Assembly: GCA_001818775.1 (NCBI GenBank)
Contig: MHKD01000042.1
Location: 41,022 to 105,021, forward strand
Reading direction: 5' to 3'
Source: Candidatus Kerfeldbacteria bacterium RIFCSPHIGHO2_12_FULL_48_17
Lineage (GTDB): Bacteria; Patescibacteriota; Patescibacteriia; HO2-48-17
DNA length: 64,000 nucleotides
A model generated the notes under the pieces. It searched no databases. It worked only from the letters and a program-made list of their open reading frames with translations, and was not told the DNA's origin. Shown piece after piece: positions 1 through 9,024 of the stretch. Numbering within the stretch: position 1 is the stretch's first letter; each line of letters opens with the position of its first letter. The position numbers and the translations under genes were made by a program.

Positions 1-382
1 CTTCATCAGACAGGAGGCGGGTCGTGGCCACCAGCGGCTGGCTCTTTGAGTATCTATTGATAATTTTTACCGTGCCGGTGGCTTTCTCCGAAAAATCATC
101 AAGCTCCGTAACGTCTGTCGAGGTCTCCTCGCCGGAAACCGTTGTTGTTAAAAAAATGCCGTCAAATCGGGTATCTGAAGGCGGATTTTTCGTGACCTCT
201 GCGTTTTCAACAGGCAATGCAAAATCAAGGGCAATGTCTTCGGCCCGAGGCATAAGGGTGATGACGGTCTTGGAAAAGGAAAAGTAAAGAATAAAAGAAA
301 CAAGGACGACAGTGAAGCCGATGAATGTCCAGAGAATTTTCGCGTAATGTTTTTCTATTTTACTTTTTTGCAGTGAGGGCAT
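1..382 (-). CDS. Hypothetical membrane-anchored protein, partial (runs off window start). Translation: MEWNMPSLQKSKIEKHYAKILWTFIGFTVVLVSFILYFSFSKTVITLMPRAEDIALDF...
   Basis: Open minus-strand frame from ATG at 382 (alt. 394) to position 1 with no stop. Single predicted TM helix followed by a Thr/Ser/Glu-rich region. Overlaps the dnaE 3' end by ~23 nt, as is common in this compact genome. Not in the ORF track because it is unterminated. Competes with the weak plus ORF 24..287. Confidence 0.35.
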   Translation of the reverse strand, partial: MPSLQKSKIEKHYAKILWTFIGFTVVLVSFILYFSFSKTVITLMPRAEDIALDFALPVENAEVTKNPPSDTRFDGIFLTTTVSGEETSTDVTELDDFSEKATGTVKIINRYSKSQPLVATTRLLSDE

Positions 383-3300
383 ATTCCATTCCATTATATA
401 CCCTGATCGATTTTTGACCAACTTTATCAGCAATTTTTGACAAAACACCCGGGTCAGAAGAAATGAGCATTTTCGTATGTATTCTTCTGCCGTTTTCACT
501 GCTGCCGATAAAAAATTCCACCGGACATGACCCGGGAAAATCGGAAAAAATGCGCTTCAGTTCCAGAAGGGTGGTGGGGTGCACCGTGGCCGGAAGCGAT
601 ATGAGAATGCGCTGCGGTGGGATGAATTTCTGTTTGACTTTTTTACTGCTGCTCCGTAAAAAATCCTGAGACGCGTTCCACTTTGGTTCAGCCAGGAGTT
701 TTTGCACGTCTATTTCCACGGCGGCATCCACAATGACCTGCGGAGTGACATCACGGATGCTGAGTTTCCCCTCAATCCGCAAAAATCGCTCTTCTGTCCA
801 CAGATAAGAGGTTTCCTGAAAAATTTTCGGAAAAACCAGAAGTTCAGTTTCACCCGTATGATCAGAAAGTGTGGCAAAGAGCATCTGTTCGCCTTTTTTG
901 GTAACGATTTTTTTTACTTTCGTGATAAGTCCAATGACCCGCACGGGGGCATTATTTTTATACCGCGCCAGCGAAGCCAGCGAAGCAGCGCGTTCTTCGA
1001 GAATATCAGCATACTGAGCCAAGGGGTGCTGAGAAATGTACAGACCAAGGAGTTCTTTTTCCCAGGTCAGGAGCTGGAAAATATTCAACGGGTCAGCTGC
1101 CGCCAGTTTGAGTGGGGGAATATAGCGCGCCCCGTTTTGCTGGAACAAGGAAAACTGCCCCGTATTCGATTCGGTCTGAGCCGTTTTGGCATACTGAAGA
1201 ATGAGCTCAAGATTATGCAGAAGCTGCGAACGGTCACCGAAAGCGTCGAGCGCGCCCGATTTGATCAGACTCTCAACGGATTTTTTATTGAGATCCTTGT
1301 GCTGAATGCGCCGCAAAAAATCCTGCAAAGAAGCAAAACGACCCCCCTCGGTTTTCCGCTCGTCAATAATTTTTCGACTGACACTCCCACCCAGATTTTT
1401 AATGGCCGTCAGTCCAAAGCGGATGCGCGGCTTCCCCGAAGCGAGCGATTCTTTCACTACGGTAAACGTGGAATAGCTTTCATTCACGGCCGGCGGCATC
1501 ACTTCAATTCCCAGATCACGGCATTCCTTCACCTCAATGGCAATGCGATCAGTATTATCACCATCGCTCGTCATGAGAGCGGCCATAAACTGCGCCGGAT
1601 AGTGCGCCTTCAGATATGCCGTCTGGTAGGCGATCATGGCGTAGCACACGGCGTGCGACCGGTTAAAACCATAGCGCGCAAACGGCAGAATAAATTCCCA
1701 CAGCTGCTTCGCGGTACGGGCAGGGATGCCGTTTTTTATCATACCATCAACCATTTTTTGCTCCTGCTGATCAAGCAGCTCCTTGATCTTTTTACCAACG
1801 GCCTTGCGCAACACATCAGCCTCACCGAACGTAAAACCGGCGAGCTGACGAGCAATCTGCATGATTTGTTCTTGATACAGAATAATGCCATATGTTTTTT
1901 GCAGCAACGGCCCCAGCGATTCATGAATATACTCGACGCGCACCCAGCCGTGCTTGCGCGCTATGTAATCAGGTATAAATTCCATCGGCCCAGGACGATA
2001 CAAAGCCACCATTGCGACGATATCTTCAAATTCCGTGGGCTTCAATTCCTTCAAATAGCGCCGCATGCCGGCTGATTCCAGCTGGAATACGCCGATGGTC
2101 TGACCTTTTTGCAACAGCTCGTATGCCGGCTTATCGTCAAGCGGTAAACGATCAATATCAATGACAGCACCCGTTGTCTTGGTTATTATATTCAACGTAT
2201 TACGGATGATGGTCAGGTTTTTCAAACCCAGAAAATCCATTTTCAAAAGCCCCAAATCCTCGACCGGGTGCAGAGAATACTGAGAAATAACGGCCGTATC
2301 GCCCTGCGTTGAATACTGGATACCCGTGTGTTCGGTGAGGGGGTGCTTGGTAATAACGACGCCGCAGGCATGTATGGAAGTATGCCGGGCCACACCTTCG
2401 ATCTTACGCGCGCTCTTCAGTAAACGCTCACAGTCGGGATCATTGGCATGCATCTGTTTTAATTCCGGCACGACGTCAATGGCCTTTTGCAAAGTTGTGA
2501 ACATTGGCACCAATTTTGCTATCCGATCACAGTAACTGTAGGAAAAACCAAGTACGCGTCCGACGTCACGAAGCGCAGCCCGGGCCGCCATCGTTCCAAA
2601 GGTAATAATCTGCGCAACGTGATCCTTGCCATATTGACTTTCCACATAGCGAATGACGTCATCACGCCGTTCGTCATCAAAATCAGTGTCAATATCCGGC
2701 ATGGACACGCGTTCGGGGTTCAAAAACCGCTCAAACAAAAGCTCATACTTTATGGGATCGACGCTGGTAATATTCGTAAGGTAGGCAACCAGGCTGCCGG
2801 CCGCGCTGCCACGGCCAGGTCCGACGACGATGCCGTTTTTCTTGGCCCAGTTGATAAAATCCTGAACAATGAGAAAATAGGAGGCATAACCGGTTTTAGC
2901 GATGACACCGAGTTCATACGCCAAACGGTCGCTGATTTCTGAAGTGACTTGACTATAACGTGCGCGCAAACCCTGGCCACACAACTGCTCAAGTTTTTCC
3001 TGGGCAGTGATCCCGCTGGGAAGTTCGTAGTGGGGCAGTTGGATTTTCCCCAATGCAAGTTCAAACTGACACTGTTTCGCGATTTTGAGCGTGTTTTCCA
3101 AAACCTCGGGATGCGCCGCAAAAACCTGCTCCATCACTTCCGCTGAACGGAAAGAAAAATCATGACCCAGCAAGGTGGGCCTGTCTGTATCCTGAAACAA
3201 TTTTTTTTCACGTATGCATGACAAAATATCCTGCGCTTCAGCGTCGGCATACTCTATATAGTGAACATCATTGGTGGCGACAACAGAAGCCCCAATCATC

Positions 3301-3905
3301 GCCGCCAGTTGAAAAAACATTTCATTCACCCGCATCTGCTGAGCCAGTCCGGGATGATGAAGAACTTCCAGATAAAAATTTTCTTTTCCGAATATATTCT
3401 GAAAAACCGCAGCCACCTTGGCAGCCGCAGCCAAACCAGCATCCAAAGCAACGGTGCCGACCTTTCCCCGGAAACCATGGCTGAGGGCAATGAGGCCATG
3501 GGCATGCGCCGCTAAAATTTTTTCATCAACACTTGGATGTTCGAACCAACCCTGAAGATGGGCAATGGAGGTGAGTTTCAGTAGATTTTTGTAACCGGCA
3601 TCGTTTTTTGCGAGCAAAACCAGGGGATATGCAGGCGCCGTAGCCGCCGCCATGTCAGACAGGGGGAGCGTGGTAACCCACAGCTCCATGCCAAGTATAG
3701 GCTGGATACCGGCACTTTTTGCGGCCTGAAAAAATTCAACCGCACCATACATAACGCCAGAATCCGTCAATGCCAAAGCCGGCATACCCAAAGACTTGGC
3801 TTTCGCAACCAACTGGTGAACCTTTGGCAGGCCTTCCAAAAGACTGTAATCACTGTGCGTATGGAGATGAACGAAATTTTGTGGCATAAGAGGACGCGGG
3901 TACAA
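360..3905 (-). CDS. dnaE: DNA polymerase III alpha subunit (DnaE), 1181 aa
   Basis: N-terminal PHP domain (HLHTHSDYSLLEG...ALTDSGVMYG), polymerase core and OB-fold. Full length is typical of DnaE1. Confidence 0.95.
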   Translation of the reverse strand: MYPRPLMPQNFVHLHTHSDYSLLEGLPKVHQLVAKAKSLGMPALALTDSGVMYGAVEFFQAAKSAGIQPILGMELWVTTLPLSDMAAATAPAYPLVLLAKNDAGYKNLLKLTSIAHLQGWFEHPSVDEKILAAHAHGLIALSHGFRGKVGTVALDAGLAAAAKVAAVFQNIFGKENFYLEVLHHPGLAQQMRVNEMFFQLAAMIGASVVATNDVHYIEYADAEAQDILSCIREKKLFQDTDRPTLLGHDFSFRSAEVMEQVFAAHPEVLENTLKIAKQCQFELALGKIQLPHYELPSGITAQEKLEQLCGQGLRARYSQVTSEISDRLAYELGVIAKTGYASYFLIVQDFINWAKKNGIVVGPGRGSAAGSLVAYLTNITSVDPIKYELLFERFLNPERVSMPDIDTDFDDERRDDVIRYVESQYGKDHVAQIITFGTMAARAALRDVGRVLGFSYSYCDRIAKLVPMFTTLQKAIDVVPELKQMHANDPDCERLLKSARKIEGVARHTSIHACGVVITKHPLTEHTGIQYSTQGDTAVISQYSLHPVEDLGLLKMDFLGLKNLTIIRNTLNIITKTTGAVIDIDRLPLDDKPAYELLQKGQTIGVFQLESAGMRRYLKELKPTEFEDIVAMVALYRPGPMEFIPDYIARKHGWVRVEYIHESLGPLLQKTYGIILYQEQIMQIARQLAGFTFGEADVLRKAVGKKIKELLDQQEQKMVDGMIKNGIPARTAKQLWEFILPFARYGFNRSHAVCYAMIAYQTAYLKAHYPAQFMAALMTSDGDNTDRIAIEVKECRDLGIEVMPPAVNESYSTFTVVKESLASGKPRIRFGLTAIKNLGGSVSRKIIDERKTEGGRFASLQDFLRRIQHKDLNKKSVESLIKSGALDAFGDRSQLLHNLELILQYAKTAQTESNTGQFSLFQQNGARYIPPLKLAAADPLNIFQLLTWEKELLGLYISQHPLAQYADILEERAASLASLARYKNNAPVRVIGLITKVKKIVTKKGEQMLFATLSDHTGETELLVFPKIFQETSYLWTEERFLRIEGKLSIRDVTPQVIVDAAVEIDVQKLLAEPKWNASQDFLRSSSKKVKQKFIPPQRILISLPATVHPTTLLELKRIFSDFPGSCPVEFFIGSSENGRRIHTKMLISSDPGVLSKIADKVGQKSIRVYNGMEYALTAKK

Positions 3906-3974
3906 AACAGATGAGCACCAAAAGTTCCTTCAGTATACCAACATTGCCAGTGACATTCCAGTGGCGTCCATAAC

Positions 3975-3997
3975 GAAAAAACCCGGATTTCTCCGGG
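3975..3997 (-). terminator. Rho-independent terminator-like hairpin downstream of the 4038-4415 gene
   Basis: Minus-strand RNA cccgga-gaaa-tccggg followed by a uuuuuu tract (plus-strand aaaaaacccggatttctccggg). Confidence 0.45.
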
Positions 3998-4037
3998 CGC
4001 CCACTGAACAATTACTCACCCCAAAACCAAAGAAAAA

Positions 4038-4415
4038 TCAAGAAATGCTTTCTTCGGTTTCATCTTCATCATCCTGATTTTTCACCTGGTCTTGATCAGT
4101 TGCCTTGGTTCTTTTTGCCCGGCGACGAATGGATGAAGACGAACTTTTCCTGGCTCTGAAATCACGAACAAGGCCGCCAATATGCTTAAACTCCTTAACA
4201 AGAAAGGAAATTGATTGCGCTGAAGTAAAAATTTTATCCTTAATAGCCAGAACGGCCCGTTCAATCTCTTCGATCTTCTCCCGAAATTCCTTCACCATTT
4301 CATTGCCCTGCTTGAGCAGTGTGCCGATATAGTACATGATCCAAACCAGAAAAACCGTAAATACCAAAATACAAACCGTAAGGACAATATAAAGATAATC
4401 AAGGGACGTAAGCAT
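4038..4415 (-). CDS. Small membrane protein (N-terminal TM helix, C-terminal coiled-coil and acidic/basic tail), hypothetical
   Basis: ORF track 4038..4466. Start moved to the internal Met (MLTSLDYLYIVLTVCILVFTVFLVWIMYY...). No recognisable family. Confidence 0.4.
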   Translation of the reverse strand: MLTSLDYLYIVLTVCILVFTVFLVWIMYYIGTLLKQGNEMVKEFREKIEEIERAVLAIKDKIFTSAQSISFLVKEFKHIGGLVRDFRARKSSSSSIRRRAKRTKATDQDQVKNQDDEDETEESIS

Positions 4416-4508
4416 ATTTTTTGTGTAATTTTTATTCTGTCTGAGACAACACATGCAGTATAGCATATTTTTTTATTTCGGGAAAAAATGCTAGAATAAA
4501 ACCTAAAG

Positions 4509-4666
4509 GGTCTGTCGCCGAATACCATTTCTGCTGCAATCATGGAATTTTGGCCAGAACCGCTTCAAAATTTTTCGGCTTATATTCCATATAAACCTCA
4601 AAATTTATTCAGCAATTCTGTCACAAAATTCCATGATTTCGTCACGAAAGCGTATTCGGCGACAGA
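4509..4666 (+). mobile_element. MITE-like non-autonomous element, copy A (~158 bp). Has 16-bp terminal inverted repeats, a 14-bp sub-terminal inverted repeat and an 8-bp target-site duplication.
   Basis: Terminal inverted repeats GGTCTGTCGCCGAATA...TATTCGGCGACAGAC. Sub-terminal inverted repeat AATCATGGAATTTT / AAAATTCCATGATT. Flanked by the direct repeat ACCTAAAG (4501-4508 and 4667-4674). No coding capacity for a transposase. Copy B at 16880-17039 is 158/159 identical in inverted orientation. Confidence 0.8.
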
Positions 4667-4689
4667 CACCTAAAGACAAACAAAGTCAT

Positions 4690-5565
4690 ATGGCGGAGAC
4701 AAGAATGAGTGATGCGGAATTTTCTTTCGGGTACTGGTGGGTCACGCACCGAGGGCAGCTACGAAAAACTTCCGGCATTACTCTGGTGATTATACATTTA
4801 CTTCTTATAACAACACTCGTCATCCAGGGAGTGAGTTTTGTGTTTGAAGTCATGCGCACGGCCGACTACTTCGAAACAATGGCACAGCCGGATATCGCCT
4901 ACGCCGACGTCCGAAACAAGCAACAACCGCAAAATATCCAACTGGGCGCGACCCAGGTTTTTGATTCTGATCTGGAAGGCAGAGTGAATATCGCCACGGA
5001 AATCACGAATCCCAACGAACACTGGGCCGTGAAAAAAATAACGTACAGCGCGGTGGTCAATGGCGAATTGCAGTCGCCGGAAACCGATTTCCTTATGGCC
5101 CAGGAACGCCACTTTATCACCACATTTGGCATTGAAGCGGCAAGTGCCGGCCAGGTTCAGGCCACGCTGAATGTAACGGACGTTGAATGGGAGCGCGTGA
5201 ATGCATACACAACGCCGAAAGGCAGGATAGATGTCACTGACATTGAGTTCAGCCCGAGCATTACCGTCGAAGATGCCACGAGCAGCGACCAGGTTTTCAG
5301 TCAGGCGACGGCCGACATAACCAACCGCGATATATTTACTTTCGCCGAAGCGGAATTTATCGTCGTGGCGGAAATACAGGGGGATATCATCGCGGTGAGA
5401 AGAATCATGCTCAAAGACCTTATCCCGAGTGAAACGCAAACACTGAGAGCGCAGTGGAGCAGACGGATAAGTCCGGGGGCGGAAGTGAGCGTTCTGACCC
5501 ATATCAACCTCATCGACAAAACCAACAGGAAACTCAGTTTGACACAACCCGCATCAACTGAGTAG
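4690..5565 (+). CDS. Hypothetical membrane-anchored protein with a beta-rich extracytoplasmic domain
   Basis: ORF track 4633..5565. The first 19 codons (MISSRKRIRRQT...) come from MITE sequence, so the native start is probably ATG at 4690 (MAETRMSDAEF) or 4705. One TM helix (ITLVIIHLLLITTLVIQGV), then two similar beta-rich repeats. Confidence 0.5.
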   Translation: MAETRMSDAEFSFGYWWVTHRGQLRKTSGITLVIIHLLLITTLVIQGVSFVFEVMRTADYFETMAQPDIAYADVRNKQQPQNIQLGATQVFDSDLEGRVNIATEITNPNEHWAVKKITYSAVVNGELQSPETDFLMAQERHFITTFGIEAASAGQVQATLNVTDVEWERVNAYTTPKGRIDVTDIEFSPSITVEDATSSDQVFSQATADITNRDIFTFAEAEFIVVAEIQGDIIAVRRIMLKDLIPSETQTLRAQWSRRISPGAEVSVLTHINLIDKTNRKLSLTQPASTE

Positions 5566-5582
5566 ACTATAGCCCTCACACT

Positions 5583-6689
5583 ATGAAAACCAAAGGTTGG
5601 CTCACGAAAGTCAAAAAAATCGACTGGGGTATACTTATTTTCACCGCAATCCTGGTGACATTCGGGTTGTCCATTATCTACAGCATCGGTCTCCATGGTG
5701 AAAAAACGGATCTCAGCGTATTTTACAAACAACTTGCAGCCGTCGGTATAGGGGTCGCCATTCTGATGGGGGCTCTTTTTTTTGATTACCGTTTTTTACA
5801 GCCACTGAGTTGGATAGCGTGTATTCTTGGACTCCTTTTGTTGGCTTCCGTGTTGCTTTTTGGCATCACGATCCGAGGGACAACAGGGTGGCTGAATCTT
5901 GGATTTACGACGGTTCAACCAGTTGAGCTGGCCAAGGTATTCCTCATCGTGACCCTGGCCGCTTGGCTTACCAAATGCGGCGGCAGTCTTGAACGCTGGC
6001 AGAATCTCGTAATCAGCGCGTTAATTGTCTTTGCCTACACGGGACTTGTGCTGCTTCAGCCTGATCTTGGTTCAGCCATGGTCTTTGTCGGCGTGTGGGT
6101 TATGTCGCTGTTTGTGACGAGAACCCCAAACCTGTACCGCATCGGCATCATCGTTCTTAGTATTATTTTTGCTGTGTCGAGTTGGTTTTTTTTGTCAGGG
6201 TTTCAAAAGGATCGTATTCGTGTATTTCTTGATCCGGGTGCCGACCCACTTGGTATTGGATATAATGTTACCCAATCCATCATATCAGTAGGTTCAGGCA
6301 GGTGGTTCGGCAGGGGCCTCGGACTGGGACCGCAAAGTCAGCTGAATTTTCTTCCCGAGCAGGAGACTGACTTTATTTTTGCCGTGATCGCCGAAGAAAT
6401 GGGTCTCATCGGAGCCAGCGTCCTCCTCCTGAGCTTTGGTCTGCTCTGGTTCATGATCTGGCGGCGCGCCAGAAAAACCAGCGACCTGTTTGGCATGTAC
6501 GTTCTCACTTTGGGCCTGTTTCAATTCTTCATCCAAACTTTTGTCAATATCGGTATGAATATGGGAATTTCACCGGTGACCGGTATTCCGTTGCCGTTTA
6601 TCAGCTCAGGCGGCAGCTCCATGATAGCCAGTCTCCTCCTCGTTGGCCTATTTGAAGGAATAGCGTTAAGAAACAGCGAAAAAAGTTGA
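5583..6689 (+). CDS. SEDS-family peptidoglycan glycosyltransferase (FtsW/RodA)
   Basis: Ten-TM topology and conserved SEDS motifs (GWLNLGFTTVQPVELAKV...; PEQETDFIFAV...; PLPFISSGGSS). It is the only SEDS gene in the window. The mreBCD-pbp2 cluster is elsewhere. Confidence 0.85.
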   Translation: MKTKGWLTKVKKIDWGILIFTAILVTFGLSIIYSIGLHGEKTDLSVFYKQLAAVGIGVAILMGALFFDYRFLQPLSWIACILGLLLLASVLLFGITIRGTTGWLNLGFTTVQPVELAKVFLIVTLAAWLTKCGGSLERWQNLVISALIVFAYTGLVLLQPDLGSAMVFVGVWVMSLFVTRTPNLYRIGIIVLSIIFAVSSWFFLSGFQKDRIRVFLDPGADPLGIGYNVTQSIISVGSGRWFGRGLGLGPQSQLNFLPEQETDFIFAVIAEEMGLIGASVLLLSFGLLWFMIWRRARKTSDLFGMYVLTLGLFQFFIQTFVNIGMNMGISPVTGIPLPFISSGGSSMIASLLLVGLFEGIALRNSEKS

Positions 6690-6729
6690 CACAGGGGTCA
6701 ATTAAATGATAGAGTAAAATCACTAAAAA

Positions 6730-7125
6730 TTGAGAAAAAACATGGACAACAAAAAACCAAAAACCAATCTTTCTCAGATGTTGATCCAGGGTTTGCGGCT
6801 CCTTACGCACTGTCCTTTATGCGAAAGCGACTACCAACCCGTTTCAGCCAAGGTTATAGAAGAGAAAGACAATGCGCATTTGGTGTATATACGTTGTAAA
6901 AATTGTCTCAGTTCCGTTCTTGCTGTGGTGATTACTGGTTCGGCTGGAATCAGCTCCATGTGTCTTGTGACCGATCTCAATAGCGAAGATATCAGGCGTT
7001 TTCAGTATGCTGAAAAGCTCAGCATTGATGATGTCATAGATATTCACGAAGCCGTATCGGGCCAGGACAGCCAGGACTTTATTCACTCGCTTGTAGCCAC
7101 ACAGCCATCTACAAGCATTCATTAA
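6730..7125 (+). CDS. Small zinc-ribbon (CxxC...CxxC) protein with a hydrophobic segment, hypothetical
   Basis: HCPLCESDY...IRCKNCLSS followed by VLAVVITGSAGISSMCLV. No family recognised. Confidence 0.4.
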   Translation: MRKNMDNKKPKTNLSQMLIQGLRLLTHCPLCESDYQPVSAKVIEEKDNAHLVYIRCKNCLSSVLAVVITGSAGISSMCLVTDLNSEDIRRFQYAEKLSIDDVIDIHEAVSGQDSQDFIHSLVATQPSTSIH

Positions 7126-7147
7126 ACTTAAAGGCATCAGAAAATTT

Positions 7148-7867
7148 ATGGAAGCACTCTTACTTACCAGTAAAATCCGGGAGGAAAAACGTAAAAATCT
7201 CAAAACTTTGCGTGAATCAGGCTATGTGCCAGCTGAACTGTATGGTCATGGAATAAAAAACCAGCATATTTCCGTGCTGGCGAAAGATTTTCAGAAAGTA
7301 TACCGGCAGGCTGGTGAAAATACCCTCATCGAACTCGTCATTGACAGCCAAAAGCCAGTCAAGACACTGATCAGTGATGTCCAACTTGACCCGGTTACTG
7401 ACCGCATTATTCACGTAGACCTGCAGCAGATTCGCATGGACGAAAAGATCAAAACCCACATTGAATTCGATTTTATCGGTGTTTCACCGGCAGAAAAAGA
7501 AACCGGGGCTATTATCGTGAAAGACAAAACTGAATTGGAAATAGAATGTCTCCCAAGCGACCTTATTCATGAATATAAAATTGATTTAGCGGCTTTGAAA
7601 AAAGTCGATGACAGTATCCGTGTTGAGGATCTGAAACTGCCGGGCACCATTACCATCCTTGAAAATCCTGACACCACGATCGTACATGCAGCAGCTCCGC
7701 GCAGCGAAGAAGAACTCGCCAAACTCGATGAAGCCGTAACAGAAGACGTTGAAGCCGTTGAGGTTGAAAAAACAGAAAAACCTGAAGAAGAAGAAAGCGC
7801 AGCCGCAGGTGAAGGCGAAAAGAAGGGGAAAAAAGATAAACCGGAAAGTGGAAAAACGGGAAAGTAA
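7148..7867 (+). CDS. rplY: 50S ribosomal protein L25 / general stress protein Ctc form, with a K/E-rich C-terminal tail
   Basis: N-terminus MEALLLTSKIREEKRKNLKTLRESGYVPAELYGHG matches the bL25 beta-barrel. The long C-terminal domain and charged tail are typical of Ctc-type L25. Confidence 0.85.
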   Translation: MEALLLTSKIREEKRKNLKTLRESGYVPAELYGHGIKNQHISVLAKDFQKVYRQAGENTLIELVIDSQKPVKTLISDVQLDPVTDRIIHVDLQQIRMDEKIKTHIEFDFIGVSPAEKETGAIIVKDKTELEIECLPSDLIHEYKIDLAALKKVDDSIRVEDLKLPGTITILENPDTTIVHAAAPRSEEELAKLDEAVTEDVEAVEVEKTEKPEEEESAAAGEGEKKGKKDKPESGKTGK

Positions 7868-7914
7868 AAGGGTAAAACACGCGACCCAATCCTAAACACA
7901 ATGAGTACACACTG

Positions 7915-9015
7915 ATGGAGAAAATAAAAGAACTCCTCTGGGCTTTCAAACAAAACAAAAAAACGCAAATGATTGCACTGGGAAGTGTAATCATTGCTAT
8001 TGTTGTGATACTTGGGATCCTTTTCTTTACAAAAAATCAGGATGACAGTCAGGCCACCGTGACAAATCTCAACAGCAATACCGGGGACAATCCGGAAAGA
8101 CTGCGAAGGTTTATTGATGGTGTTTTTGTGAGTTCAGGAAATGAAAATCTTCATCCAAAAGCAGTAATGATTGAAAACCTTGTCAGTACGAGGCCACAGA
8201 GCGGGCTAGGACAGGCAAATATGGTATATGAAACACTCGCCGAAGGAGGAATCACTCGGTTTCTTGCTTTCTATGCCGACGTCGAGAAACCACTCAAAGA
8301 AATCGGACCGGTGCGCTCAGCCAGGCCGTATTTTGTGGCTATAGCCGAAGAGTATGGGGCTTTATACGCGCACGCCGGCGGGAGCCCGGAAGCGCTGACA
8401 GGCATTCAGGGAACAAAAAAAATCACCAATCTTGACCAGATAAGCGGGGATCACCCCTATTTTTGGCGGGCGGACGACCGGGAAGCACCGCACAACCTCT
8501 TCACATCAACAGAGTTGTTGGAACGCGCGGCCAGAGACAAACAAGTCACGGAGTCAGGTGATTTTGATCCCTGGAAATTCAAAGACGATGCGACTTTGGA
8601 AGAACGGCCGCAGGATGGCGCAGAACTCATTCTCAATTTTTCCAGCACCGATTACCGGGTACGGTATATGTATGATAGAGAAACCAACACCTATTACCGT
8701 TACCAGGGGCAGGAAAAACACATCGACAAACTCACCAACGAACAGCTCCATCCGAAAAATATTCTTGTGCAAATGACAACAAGTGCGGTTTTGGAAACAG
8801 ACACCGGCAGGCTCAGCATCGAAACATCCGGCGAAGGAAAAGCACTGATGTATTTTGACGGGCAAAAAAAGGAAGGCACATGGAAGAAGAGCGAATCAGG
8901 ACGCACGATTTTTTACGACGAAAATGGCCGGGAAGTGGAAATGAATGCCGGTCAAACCTGGATAGAGGTCATCCCGAACGACAAAGAGATACTCTATAAT
9001 CAGACCAGTCCGTAA
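7915..9015 (+). CDS. N-terminally membrane-anchored exported protein, paralogue 1 of a tandem pair (possibly DUF3048/YerB-like)
   Basis: Signal-anchor (IALGSVIIAIVVILGILFF). Blocks conserved with the next gene: GGITRF.A.Y...EIGPVRSARPY...ALYAHAGGSPEAL...APHNLFTSTELL. The family name is from memory only. Confidence 0.55.
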   Translation: MEKIKELLWAFKQNKKTQMIALGSVIIAIVVILGILFFTKNQDDSQATVTNLNSNTGDNPERLRRFIDGVFVSSGNENLHPKAVMIENLVSTRPQSGLGQANMVYETLAEGGITRFLAFYADVEKPLKEIGPVRSARPYFVAIAEEYGALYAHAGGSPEALTGIQGTKKITNLDQISGDHPYFWRADDREAPHNLFTSTELLERAARDKQVTESGDFDPWKFKDDATLEERPQDGAELILNFSSTDYRVRYMYDRETNTYYRYQGQEKHIDKLTNEQLHPKNILVQMTTSAVLETDTGRLSIETSGEGKALMYFDGQKKEGTWKKSESGRTIFYDENGREVEMNAGQTWIEVIPNDKEILYNQTSP

Positions 9016-9024
9016 TATACGCCG

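Noticed and set aside
24-287. 87-aa plus-strand ORF at the window start
   Set aside because: It overlaps a longer minus-strand open frame (1..382) that has a plausible TM helix and is co-directional with dnaE. The plus ORF is Ser/Val-rich and low-complexity, and probably not coding. Neither can be proven from this window.
702-2075. 457-aa plus-strand ORF (and smaller ORFs at 463..669, 1739..1924, 2326..3515) inside the dnaE region
   Set aside because: They are antisense to, or overlap, a strongly supported 1181-aa DnaE with conserved domains throughout. Their sequences are low-complexity and look like read-through with no recognisable motifs. Spurious.
7567-7994. Minus-strand ORFs of 133 and 114 aa, rich in Ser/Leu/Phe
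   Set aside because: They are antisense to the GAA/AAA-rich C-terminal tail of rplY. Their low-complexity translation is a mirror-image artefact of the K/E-rich coding strand.
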